Assembly (NCBI GenBank): GCA_965216875.1
Contig: OZ244207.1
Span: 5,280,001-5,344,000 of the forward strand
Length of the DNA: 64,000 nt
Direction of reading: 5' to 3'
Origin: Rubripirellula sp.
Lineage (GTDB): Bacteria; Planctomycetota; Planctomycetia; Pirellulales; Pirellulaceae
Positions 33,164 through 43,700 of this stretch are shown here, in pieces (position 1 is the first letter of the stretch; the number at the start of each line of letters is the position of its first letter). The notes under the pieces were generated by a model, which saw only the letters and a list, made by a program, of their open reading frames with translations, was not told the DNA's origin and did no database searches. The translations under genes and the position numbers were made by a program.

Positions 33164-33195
33164 AAAAAAGGCCTCAGCAGTGAATGCCGAGGCCT
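33164..33195 (-). terminator. Intrinsic terminator after the dockerin/Ig-repeat gene
   Basis: Minus strand reads aggcctcggca-ttcac-tgctgaggcct followed by a T run. Confidence 0.8.
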
Positions 33196-33226
33196 GTTGA
33201 GTTTTCGATCGAGGATCGGGCTTCGA

Positions 33227-36200
33227 CTAGTCGTCGAGATCGATCACACCGGCGTCACGAGCGGCTGCGATCGTGTCGAGGTACTCGGGAAATTCGCCCG
33301 ACAATCCGCTGCTGACATCGTGGAAGTCGAGGTCATCGATTCCGCCGAAGAACTGGACGCCAAAGCCGTCGCCATTGGCAACAACAAAGTCGTCGGCCGA
33401 CAGGCGAGCCGTTCGCACGGTGTTCTCTTCGACAATCGTCAACAGTGCTGCATCGCGATCTTCGTTGAGCACGAGCTCGGCGAAGTCAACGCCTTCGAAT
33501 CCAGCACCCAGAATAATGAAGTTCTGGCTGCCATCGGATGCCAGCGAAACCAAGCCGCCTTCGCGGCCACCATCCGAGATGGTGTTCATGTCTTGGTTGG
33601 TACGCAGGTAGCTGCTGGCCAAGATGTCGACGGTGTTCAGAGCGTTGCCTGCCGTGCCCAGCAGCGGGAAGTTCAAGCCGCTGATGTTCTCGCCACCGTT
33701 GGTGCCGATGTCAACGTGGAAGCTTCCGCCGCCAAGGTAGATCACTTTTTCCGAGTGGTTCAGTGGCGAACCATCAATCATCGGCATGACGGTGTAGTCG
33801 CCTGGGGCGATACCGTCGACGTTGAAGCTACCGTGTGAGTTGGTCCAGGTCACGAGGTTAATGTCTTCGCCAGTGACGTTTTCCGCTGCAGGCGAAAAGA
33901 CGTGAACTTCGACCCCACCAACACCAGGTTCATCGCTGTCGTGGATACCATTTCGAATTGGATCCGCACCGCCAAGCAGGTCGCTCAGGTTTTCGATGTG
34001 ATCGATGAAGATCGAACCACCGATGCTTGATGGATTGAAGTCTTGGACGTTGACGCTAGCGACAGCCGAATCTTCCAAACCTTGAGCGTCACGAATGGTG
34101 TAAGTGAAGCTGGTTGGTCCAGAGAACCCTGGATCAGGCGTGAAGGAGATGGTGTTGTCGGCGTTGACCGAAACGGTCGCATTTCCATCATCGGAAGTGA
34201 CCGAGACCACCGAGAAACTCTGTCCCGATTCGTCTTCCCCAGCATCATCGTTTCCGATCACGCTCAGGTTCTGGGTGATGTCGACAAAGGCGATCAAGCC
34301 ACTGTCGTCGTTGGCTCGTGGCGCGTCATTGACGCCATTGATCGTGATCGTGACGGTTGCACTGACAGGATCATTGACGCTGTCGGTCACGGTGTAGGTG
34401 TAAACCGACTGAGCCGCGTCGCCGTCGGTCAAAGCTCCGACAGCCGCACTGCGTGGGTCGACGGTCACAGTGGTGCCGTCAACGGTAACACCCAAACCAG
34501 GCCCTGAGACGAGCACAGGTGAGGAGGCAACAGTGACGGTGTCGCCACTATTGGAATCGCTCACGTTTTGCAGCAGGTTGACCGTCGCACTTTGGTCACC
34601 TTCGGTGTAGGAGACCGAAAGTGGTGTCGCGGTCGGTGGCACGTTCACTTCACTGATCGTGATCGAGATCGTGCCGGTGTCGCTGCCGGTCGAGTTGGAT
34701 GCGGTGTAGACCAGGGTGTCGCTACCAGGACCTTGAGCGTTGTAGGTCAACGTCGTGCCGGAGATCGACGCGGAACCCGAAGCCGGGTCGGTCGTGATCG
34801 TCAGCGAGTCAGGAGTTCCTCCCGAAAGCAAAGTCGAAAGATCGATTTGCCCGCTGCTGTTTTGCGAAACCAGCAAGCTTCCGTCAGCCGCAACCGGTGC
34901 GATTTCGTTGACCGTGATGGTCACGGTCGCAGTATCGGTGTCGGTACCGTCGCTGAGCGTGTAGGTGAAGGTGTCGTTACCGGTGTAGCCAGGTTCTGGC
35001 GTGTAGGTGACGACTCCATTGAGGCTTGTCGATGCGTTCGGATTGTTTGGTTGACTGACGCTCACGATCGTCAACGTGTCGGCCTCATTCGCCGCACCCG
35101 TCGTGTCGCCGTCCAACAGGTCGGCAAGCGAAATCGTCAGCGTCGTGTTTTGATCGGCGCTGAAGCTGTCGTCATCTGCTACCGGTGGATCGTTCACAGC
35201 AGCAACGCTCACGGTGATCGTTCCCGTATCGCTGCCACCGTTGTTCGATGCGGTGTAGACAATCGTGTCGCTACCGTTTTCGTCAGCGTTAGGCGTGTAA
35301 GTCAGGATCGTGCCAGAAATGCTTGCCGAACCAATCGAACCGTTGGTGGTGACCGAAAGTGTGTCGGTGGCACCGCCCGAAAGAAGCGTTGCCAAATCAA
35401 TCGTGTTGGCGATGTCTTCGGTCACGCTCAAGTTCGCGTTGCCAGCAACAGGCGAGGGCTGGACGCCAATGTTGACCGTGACGGTTGCCGAGCCTTCGTC
35501 GCTGCCATCACCGATGGTGTAGGTGAAGGTATCGGTGCCGGTGAATCCAGATGGTGGCGTGTAGGTGACCACACCGTTCAAATCGGTCGTCGCACCGGCT
35601 TGGGTTGGATCACCAATGCTGTTGACCATCAACGAATCAGCTTCGTTGGCTGCACCGGTCGAAGCTCCTTCGAGCAGATCGGCAAGCTGGATGGTTAGCG
35701 TTTGATCTTGAATGATGCTGAAGTTCTTGTTGACCGGAACGGGTGGGTCGTTGACCGCAGCAATGTCGATTGTGATCGTCCCGGTGTCAGAACCGAATGT
35801 GTTTGACGCCGTATAGACGATCGTGTCGGCACCAAATTCATCCGCCGCTGGCGTGTAGGTCAACGTCGTTCCCGAAATCGAAGCGCTGCCGCGCGAACCA
35901 TTGGTCGTCACCGTCAAAGAATCAGGTGTGCCGCCAGAAAGCAGCGAAGCAAGATCGAGTGTGTTGGCGATGTCTTCGGTGACCGCAAGCGATGCGTTAT
36001 CAGCAACGGGTGGCTCAGGCTGCGCGGTCACGTTGAAGGTGACCCGGGCGTCTTCGTCGATCAGTACCTGAGCTTGGTCAATCGGATTGTCACGACCATA
36101 AAGCAGGATATGTTCCTCGATTTCACCTGGATTGACATCGACGACAAAGTCGGACGCCGGCTCGGTGAACTGCACCAAAATGCTGAACGAATCGAACGGC

Positions 36201-37363
36201 GTGATAAATCCGCCATCGTCGGTCAATTGAGGCACACCGCCGCCTTCGGCTGGCACCAAGCCGAGACCACCAACTGTGGTAAAGCCATCAACGGGATCAA
36301 ACTCACCGCGGTTTTGGCCAGAGAAGAACTGTTCGTTGTTGTTGAAGGTGCGACTAAAGCTATTGATGTTGAATCGCATCGCGTCGGAATTGGCGCTACC
36401 ATCCGGATTGCGTGGATTAAACGGAATCGTTTGCGTCGGGAAATCGACGGGAGCGCTGTCTCCATCAACAATGTTATTCGTGATCATGATGTCCGGCAAA
36501 TTGACATCACGAAACGCTGCGTCCTTGAAGAAGACCTGGAACCCGATGTCATCGTTTCCGAAATCGAGTGGATCAAGGTCGTATTGATCCGACGTAAACC
36601 CAAACGCGTCGAGAGCGTTCCTTATTTCGTTATTGGTGTTGGTCGCAAAGTCGGCCCACTGCGAAACGTAGGTCCCAAATCCGTCCATCGTGAAGGTGAA
36701 GTTACCAGAGAACGAGCCGATATCGGGGCGAGAAATTGAGTCACCACCAATGATCAACCGTTGAGCTTCGTTAAGAACTGGCTCGAGGTTGTTCCCTTCG
36801 CTCACACCCAAGTCGGAATAGATTTGGAAGACGCCCAAACGATCGTTGAACAACCGAAGTTCGTTGTAACTCACTTCAAGGAAGAACGGCTCGTCCACAC
36901 CGATGCTGATGCTGCCGTCGGGCTCTGGAGTGATCAGTTCGTCGTTAAGGTCACGCGCGTTCAGGGTCAATTCGACCAGCTCGCCAACGCCCTCAACTCG
37001 GTTCAATGCATTGATGACGCTCAATGCATCCGCAGCTGAAATCCGATGGTCCGCGTTGACGTCGTAGAACATCTCCGGCTGTTCGGAGTTGGCAGTGTCC
37101 CCAACCGCTTGCGAGCGATTGAGATAGTTGATCACTGCAAGTGCGTCACGTGCGGTGACCTTCTGGTCATCGTTCACGTCGGCGCCATGCCAATAATTGT
37201 GATTGGAAGCGAGCACGTCCCCGGCCAACAATTCGCGCTTTTCCAACGCTTCATTACTGAGGCGACGCGAGACATTCGTGCGGCAAGAATTCTCAGAGCG
37301 TCCACGCCGCTTATTGGAGCTTTGCGAGCCGGAGCGACGAAGCAATTGACGCAGATTTTTCAT
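33227..37363 (-). CDS. Large extracellular protein: LExRxLLA leader, dockerin-like pair, tandem cadherin/Big_9-like Ig repeats and an SdrD-B-like domain
   Basis: EALEKRELLAG; DVNDDQKVTARDALAVIN and DVNADHRISAADALSVIN; repeated VNDPPVA...TYTP...DTFTYT; SIGGSIFID...NGIHDSDEPG. Start MKNLRQ at 37363 is preferred. Confidence 0.88.
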   Translation of the reverse strand: MKNLRQLLRRSGSQSSNKRRGRSENSCRTNVSRRLSNEALEKRELLAGDVLASNHNYWHGADVNDDQKVTARDALAVINYLNRSQAVGDTANSEQPEMFYDVNADHRISAADALSVINALNRVEGVGELVELTLNARDLNDELITPEPDGSISIGVDEPFFLEVSYNELRLFNDRLGVFQIYSDLGVSEGNNLEPVLNEAQRLIIGGDSISRPDIGSFSGNFTFTMDGFGTYVSQWADFATNTNNEIRNALDAFGFTSDQYDLDPLDFGNDDIGFQVFFKDAAFRDVNLPDIMITNNIVDGDSAPVDFPTQTIPFNPRNPDGSANSDAMRFNINSFSRTFNNNEQFFSGQNRGEFDPVDGFTTVGGLGLVPAEGGGVPQLTDDGGFITPFDSFSILVQFTEPASDFVVDVNPGEIEEHILLYGRDNPIDQAQVLIDEDARVTFNVTAQPEPPVADNASLAVTEDIANTLDLASLLSGGTPDSLTVTTNGSRGSASISGTTLTYTPAADEFGADTIVYTASNTFGSDTGTITIDIAAVNDPPVPVNKNFSIIQDQTLTIQLADLLEGASTGAANEADSLMVNSIGDPTQAGATTDLNGVVTYTPPSGFTGTDTFTYTIGDGSDEGSATVTVNIGVQPSPVAGNANLSVTEDIANTIDLATLLSGGATDTLSVTTNGSIGSASISGTILTYTPNADENGSDTIVYTASNNGGSDTGTITVSVAAVNDPPVADDDSFSADQNTTLTISLADLLDGDTTGAANEADTLTIVSVSQPNNPNASTSLNGVVTYTPEPGYTGNDTFTYTLSDGTDTDTATVTITVNEIAPVAADGSLLVSQNSSGQIDLSTLLSGGTPDSLTITTDPASGSASISGTTLTYNAQGPGSDTLVYTASNSTGSDTGTISITISEVNVPPTATPLSVSYTEGDQSATVNLLQNVSDSNSGDTVTVASSPVLVSGPGLGVTVDGTTVTVDPRSAAVGALTDGDAAQSVYTYTVTDSVNDPVSATVTITINGVNDAPRANDDSGLIAFVDITQNLSVIGNDDAGEDESGQSFSVVSVTSDDGNATVSVNADNTISFTPDPGFSGPTSFTYTIRDAQGLEDSAVASVNVQDFNPSSIGGSIFIDHIENLSDLLGGADPIRNGIHDSDEPGVGGVEVHVFSPAAENVTGEDINLVTWTNSHGSFNVDGIAPGDYTVMPMIDGSPLNHSEKVIYLGGGSFHVDIGTNGGENISGLNFPLLGTAGNALNTVDILASSYLRTNQDMNTISDGGREGGLVSLASDGSQNFIILGAGFEGVDFAELVLNEDRDAALLTIVEENTVRTARLSADDFVVANGDGFGVQFFGGIDDLDFHDVSSGLSGEFPEYLDTIAAARDAGVIDLDD

Positions 37364-37614
37364 CTGTACTCTCGGGAATGATGCAGTGGACTTCGTGGGG
37401 AATGGTTCGCCGATCAAATCGACGCTGCTATGACCCAAACGGGGGAATTAGCGGTAATGGGTTTGGGTGTCCGGGATTCCGGTAATCTGGGTCGGAATTC
37501 GAACGATCCAAAAAATGCGAGTAGTGGCCCTATCTTATCTGGTCTTCCCGCTTTATCAATCTTCTGGCGAGAATGATAACCAAACGGGATTGCTGCCGGC
37601 GGTTAGACCACCGA

Positions 37615-40299
37615 TCAGGCTAAAGGTTCCTGTAATTCGCTTTGGAATGGTTGGAACGATTGTGCCAAATCTCTCGCATTGACCTCACTTTCGGATTTCG
37701 TTTGATGGGAATCAGGTTGTGAATCGATGGAAAATACCGAAAAAACAGGTGTTTTTGCCGCAATCACTGCCCCTACAGACGGCATGCCTTTCCTATCGGC
37801 ACCAAATGTACTGTTGCTTTCATCAGGGGTATCCTGACCCGCAGAGTCCAACAATTGGAACTGCTCGGGCTCAGGAAGTCTTGCGAGTGGGTGTGCGGTT
37901 GTATCGTGGTTCGCCTCGCCTTGGCCGAAGATGGCTCCAATGGCTTGGTCGGTCGCTTGTTCGTTGCCATCGGCCGGCTGACTTGCCGTCTCGGGTGTGC
38001 TGGCTGCGAAGACCAATTCGCCTTCGACGGGGGGCTGGCGATTGAGCGAATTGATCACCAGAAGAGCGTCCAGAGCCGTGGCCGAACCGTCGTTATTGAC
38101 GTCAACATCGAAGCCGGTCGTCTCATCGGGACCCAGGATCCTGGTATCAAATCGAGTGATGTCGTTGATGATGACCAGAGCATCGCGGGCGGTCACGATT
38201 CCGTCTCCGTTGGCGTCCTCGGCGATCACCAAGTTGTGGCGCGGACTATCGACCACTTGGGCAGCGGCTGCAACGAAATCGCTGACCCCACCGACGACGC
38301 TAAATGGAATCTCGCTCTGGTCATATTGATGGATCAGCCGCTGTGGCGTGAGCTCGGCAACGTATTGACCATCGGGCAGATTCGGCAGGGACCAGGCCCC
38401 GGTTGCATCGATCGTGGTCGTCGTCACGAATCCAAACTCGACTCGGCTCACCGCGATTCCGGTGACCGTATGCCCCAGACCGAAGGCACGAATCGACCGA
38501 ATCGAGCTCGTGGGATCTTGGACAACGAGAGTCGCGACATCGCGAAAGCGAACAATTTCCGTGACGCGAGTGACGAGGTTGCCATGTTCGTCGAGCGCCT
38601 CAACGCGTGCGTAGCTTTCGTCGTTCAAACCGATGACGTCGACACTCACTTGCCCGACGGCTTGGTCGAAGTTGGCGATGAACTTGCGTTCGTACCATCG
38701 CTCACGGGCGGCACCTTCGATCCCATTGTCGATTTCTTGAGCGAAAAAGACATTCCGGTTTCCTGCTGCCGATGAATTCAGTGCCCGCAATTGATCATCA
38801 TATTCGGGACCGATTTCCATCTCGGGAACTTCGAGTGTCAGAGTGACTCCGTCCAGGTTTTCAACGACTCCGTCGAGATCCGCGGCGTCGACAACGCCAC
38901 CAAACATCGCCTCGTTGTCGGCGCGTCGAACGACGACCTCCGTTGTGGCCAACGCACTCTCACCAAGATCGCGTTGGCCGTTGGCGTTGTCGTCAAGGAA
39001 GGAAAGACCACGATGACTCGAAACAGACATCGCGGGGGTTGTCCGAGTCCCTTCGACGAGATTACTTGTAATGCCCGTCGCTGCATCAACAGCGCGCCAC
39101 CGAATCGTCTCGAACGGGCTGGCTAGCGTGATCGTTAGATCCACATCAACCACTTGCTGATCAGGACTAGCCGCCGTCACCCACGGTCCATCGTCCAAAC
39201 TGTACTGCAATTGGCTGATTCGGTTCAGCGTGATGTCGGAATTCGTGCCGGTGATGCTGGGGTGTTCGCCATACGAATTCAGGTTTGGCAGAGCGACCGC
39301 CTGGGCAGTGCCTTGCAAACGGTAGGTCGATGAAGATGAATCGAACGAGCCGACGACGTTCAAGTCCAGTGGCACATCAAGCACGTCAAAGACGCCATCA
39401 CCATCCGAATCTTGCCAACCGACCAGTGCCAGTGTTGAAGCAGGACTGGTCAGATCATCGTAGGCCTCCGCGAGCGGCGCCCCACCGAGCATGATGCTGT
39501 TTTCTTGCTGGCTGATATCGGGATGGTTATCGGTCGCGTTGAAGTTTTGCGTGTCGTAGTAGCCACGTTTCGCTTGGTAGGGACTTCCGCCTGGGTATTC
39601 GTCAAACGCCCAGAAGATGTGCCCCATTTCGTGGGCCACGGTCGATGCCGACCGGCTTGTCGGGACGACCATATAGAGGCCACCGCTCAGTGCAAACGCA
39701 CCAGGCAACCCGCCATTGAAGAGTCCGTCGGGATCATCCGACGCATCGACGACAAAGATCGTGAATCCCCAATCGGCTTCTTCTCTCAAACGGAGCGCAT
39801 GATTGTATTCCCAGACCGCGTCTTCAAGACTCGATGCCCCCGTGAATCCCTGTGCAGCGAGGAATTCGCTGATGTAGAGATGATGTCCGTGTACGGGATC
39901 GGTACTTGGGCGATCGATCGGTTCGTATCGCGTCTCGAACGGTTGCTCGGCAAAGGTCGTGTCAAAGACGAACTCAAGCTCATGAACCGAATTGAGCGTG
40001 TCAAGCAAGTCGCCCCACCAGTTCACACCTTCCTTGACCTTTTCAATCTCCGAGTCGATCTCGGCTGGCGTCCAGTTCTGGCTCTGCGGATCAAGTTGGC
40101 CATTGCTTTCGAAAAAGACCACCTGGACGGCGACCTTGCCCAACAAGTACTCGCCGGTGTCTTTCCAAGTCGCCCCGAGCGGTGCCGCCGCGAGCAGTTG
40201 CCGCGTTTCAAGCTGCTCAAGCATGGAATGCCGGCGCATGCGATCGCGGAAACCTCGCGATGGCTTGGCTGACTTGCGTTTGGAAGAGCGGCGAAACAT
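37615..40299 (-). CDS. Extracellular zinc metalloprotease with an LExRxLLA leader and a C-terminal dockerin-like pair
   Basis: LEQLETRQLLAA; AHEMGHIFWAFDEY with NSIM (Met-turn-like); DANGDGIVTARDALVIIN and DVNNDGSATALDALLVIN. Confidence 0.85.
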   Translation of the reverse strand: MFRRSSKRKSAKPSRGFRDRMRRHSMLEQLETRQLLAAAPLGATWKDTGEYLLGKVAVQVVFFESNGQLDPQSQNWTPAEIDSEIEKVKEGVNWWGDLLDTLNSVHELEFVFDTTFAEQPFETRYEPIDRPSTDPVHGHHLYISEFLAAQGFTGASSLEDAVWEYNHALRLREEADWGFTIFVVDASDDPDGLFNGGLPGAFALSGGLYMVVPTSRSASTVAHEMGHIFWAFDEYPGGSPYQAKRGYYDTQNFNATDNHPDISQQENSIMLGGAPLAEAYDDLTSPASTLALVGWQDSDGDGVFDVLDVPLDLNVVGSFDSSSSTYRLQGTAQAVALPNLNSYGEHPSITGTNSDITLNRISQLQYSLDDGPWVTAASPDQQVVDVDLTITLASPFETIRWRAVDAATGITSNLVEGTRTTPAMSVSSHRGLSFLDDNANGQRDLGESALATTEVVVRRADNEAMFGGVVDAADLDGVVENLDGVTLTLEVPEMEIGPEYDDQLRALNSSAAGNRNVFFAQEIDNGIEGAARERWYERKFIANFDQAVGQVSVDVIGLNDESYARVEALDEHGNLVTRVTEIVRFRDVATLVVQDPTSSIRSIRAFGLGHTVTGIAVSRVEFGFVTTTTIDATGAWSLPNLPDGQYVAELTPQRLIHQYDQSEIPFSVVGGVSDFVAAAAQVVDSPRHNLVIAEDANGDGIVTARDALVIINDITRFDTRILGPDETTGFDVDVNNDGSATALDALLVINSLNRQPPVEGELVFAASTPETASQPADGNEQATDQAIGAIFGQGEANHDTTAHPLARLPEPEQFQLLDSAGQDTPDESNSTFGADRKGMPSVGAVIAAKTPVFSVFSIDSQPDSHQTKSESEVNARDLAQSFQPFQSELQEPLA

Positions 40300-40682
40300 G
40301 CAGTCCTACGGCAGAGGATGAATGGTGGTCCGGTTGCACGGGATTTCTGTCGTGCCGTGCATCGGGCTATCGCTTAGACTCCGAAACCCCAGAAAAGTCC
40401 CCCAGTTGGAGGACAATTGACTCAGGTAACCGATGCGCGATCGGGATGACCACACCCTATACGCGGATTTGCCTAACGATTGACGTCCTGCTTTATCTCA
40501 ATCGGAATCAATCCTTTTTATAGGCGCTGGATGCCTATCTCCCCTAGATAGGGGCAATTCCGATCCGAAAGCGCACGGTATATCGGTTCGCCAGGGGCGA
40601 TGATGCCAGAATGCATCATCCACCCCCCCGAGATTTCGTAGTCCTGGGCGGACATTCCTACTAGAGGCGGAACGTCGAACCA

Positions 40683-40745
40683 GTTCGTCGTACCGAGCTT
40701 CAGCCGGAATCTTCAGGCATTCCGGCTGAGGGCGGAACGACGAAC
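40683..40745. repeat. REPIN-like inverted pair (GTTCGTxGT family)
   Basis: gttcgtcgtaccgagcttcagccggaat ... attccggctgagggcggaacgacgaac, with a degenerate unit at about 40636-40680. Confidence 0.7.
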
Positions 40746-40765
40746 GGTGTCTGGACTCGCGGGGT

Positions 40766-43700
40766 CTACAGCGATGCGAACAGCTGATCGAGTGCAGACG
40801 TTTCGTCATCGTCACTCGCGTTGGCGGTATCTTCGGCAATTGCATCCACGACAGAATCGAGAGCTTGCACGGCCGGATGATCAAAGACGCTAACTTGATC
40901 CTCTTGCTCACCGTCGATGGTCGAAACCTCATCCTCGGGCTGATCGTTTTCAGCAAGAGCTTCGTTGATCAGCACATCGCCAACCACCGTTGCACTCGAG
41001 GCGAAGACTCCACCAGTCGCTTCAACGAACCCGGTAATCAGCTCCGGACTTGGGGTGCTCACGATGTTGTTGAGGCGTCCAAGTTCGGTGATGACCTGTG
41101 AAGCGTCGTTGATGGTCACCATGCTGTTGCCATCGACGTCGGGGAACGCTGGCAAGTTTGGTGGCAACGGCGGATCGGCAAGGTCGATGCCAAAGGCGTT
41201 CGGGTTACCGTTGTTTTGGAACCGCGTGATCGCATTGATGATCTGCAGTGCATCAATCGCCGAAACGAATCCACTGTTGTTCACGTCGTGACGCAAGTCG
41301 GGGTTCTGGAACGGGTTGTTGTTGATCACCAAACGCACGTCTTCGACTTCGCCGCTGGAAGCATCACCAACAGGACCAAGGTTTGCCTGTTCGCTCAATC
41401 GGAAGCGAGCGTAGACTTCGCCCAAAGCAGCGTCGTCAGGAACGTTCACGCCAATAAGAGCGCCGGTGTTGTCAAGCAATCCAAGTGAGTTGCCTCCTGG
41501 CAGTGCACGTGCGGCTGCCGAACCAAATCGTTGGACCTGTTCGAATTCACCGTCACCATTCCAGTCAAACCAAGCATCCAGATAGAAGACGCTACGAGCC
41601 AGATCGGTGTTGGTGATTCGGACGTCGAAGTTGGCCAAGAAACCTCGGTTCAAGGCATCGTGAGTGATGCCATCGCCATCGTCGCCATCTGGGATGATCG
41701 CGTCGGACTCTGGCGAGACGACACTGCCGATCGCGAAGGTCGAATCGACACGATGGCGTGGCCCACCGTCAAAGTCGGTGGTCACATAAGGTGCAGGTGC
41801 GTCACCATAGTCGAATCCGCCACCAATAAAGATGACCAACTCGGTACGGCCGTTGGGCTGGTTGCTTTGCAATTGGTTTCCGACTTCATCCGAAATCGTC
41901 ACCAACTCAACCGCTCCGACACCTGAGACGCCGCCAGTGCCTTCGACAAAGACGCGCGTGTCGACCACAGTGGTCAGCACACCTGGAAGGGCTGCGTCAT
42001 CGATCGATTGGGCAATTGCTCGTGCGACGAGGTCTGCCGACTCGTCGATGTTCACTGGAATCGCGACGGTCGGATCATCGCCGGGAACACCAATCTGAGT
42101 CAGCGTGCTGCCGGTCAGGTCCATGCTGTAGGTGATGTCGCCGCCGATAAAGACACGACCTTCGCCAACGTTTTCGGGGCTCAAGCCAAGTCCGGCTCCA
42201 CCCACGGCACGAACGATCGCGTCGGCAATGTCATCGAGTGTGGCATTGAATGGAATCCCCACGGCGACAGCGTTGTCGTTTTCGAGGAAGCCATCGACGT
42301 CGATTTCGAAGAGCACTTCTTGGATCGCACCGCGTCGAACGATGAAGGTATCACCGTCGTCAATCGATGCATCTGGGCGAGCACCATCGGCAGGGATTTG
42401 GATTCCGTATCCGATCGATGTTCCCACTTGACCTTCAATCGTGACGAACTGGTTGTTCGTTTCTGCAAAGGCCAGCGAATTAGTGCCTTGAAGCTGAACC
42501 ACATTTCCGGAAACGTTGACATCCAGATTCAACGCTGGGATGGAAGCGATGGCGTCGCGAACCGCCTGGGCGATTTCGTCAGCCGTGCCGATCTCGGGAA
42601 TCTCGATCGCGATGCGATCGGGGTCCGAATCGCCGGTGTTGTCGAGTTCGAACTCGACCAACGCCGCACCGTCAAAGATATCGAGCGTGATGCCGTCGGC
42701 GAACTGACCATTCAGGCTTTCGCTGAAGCTGATCGTCACGCCGGTATCGTATTCGAACGGCGTGCTCTCACCGGCTTGGTCAACAATGTTGACGCGAGTT
42801 GCATCGGTGTAGCTAACACCTTCGCTCGCTGCGATGATCGCATCTGTGTCATCGATCATGCGGATCAAGTAGGTCGAGTCGGTTTCCCAAACACCTGCGA
42901 TCGGCGTCAAGCGAATCACGTTAGTGCTTGGGTTGTAGCCGAATCGATAATCAATGCCCTCGACCAACGCGACGTTGTCTTTCAACAACAGGATCGAGCT
43001 ACTGAGGACGGTTTGGTCATCCAAGCCGGTGCCTGGCGTGACGTCAGCGGGTGCAATTCCGTCAATCAGTTGAATTTCGAAGAACGCGGGTGCGTCGCCA
43101 AAGACGCTCACCACACCGGCGTCCGTTCCAATGTTCGGAGCCATCGGCGACAGTAGTACCGCACGCGGTCCTTCCAAATCGCCGCGGTCCGAAGCCCCGC
43201 GATCCTTGAAGACTCGTTCACCGAGACCACTTGGCGTTTCAACGTTCGGATCGTCAACACGAAGCTGACCATTGACGTCGAGACGTGGTGCCAAGATCGG
43301 CGACGGAGGCAGTCCAAGTGGATTCTTGACCGTGGTCAAACTTGGGCGATCTTCCAACGAGTCGATCGAGCTGTCGATGATGCTTGCACCGGCTGATGGT
43401 GCGAAGACCAATTGGGCCGGAGCGGTGAAGACCGATTCCGAGTCTGCAAGAATCTGCGAGAACTCGCCAAGCGGCACACCCTGGGAAACATCGTTGGTGT
43501 TTCGGTAGTAGCTGTTACCACCAAGCACCAAGTTTGCGACATCGTTATTCGGATCGACTGCCAAACCCGTGTCGGAGTTGGCAATGACATTGTTCAACAA
43601 CGCAGGTGCTGCGTTGCCGTTAATCGTGATGGCGTTTCCGCCAGGCGTGAAGATGTCAACAGGAACGGTGCTGAGTGCACCGACTGCGTCAATATCGGCA

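Noticed and set aside
32849..33226. tatA as a dedicated exporter co-transcribed with the dockerin cluster
   Set aside because: A strong intrinsic terminator (33164-33195) separates them, and the Arg-rich leaders lack the hydrophobic region of Tat signals
37653..37667. Sigma-54 promoter (minus-strand TGGCACAATCGTTCC) upstream of the Ig-repeat gene
   Set aside because: The -12 element reads TTCC rather than TTGC, and the site lies inside the upstream coding sequence
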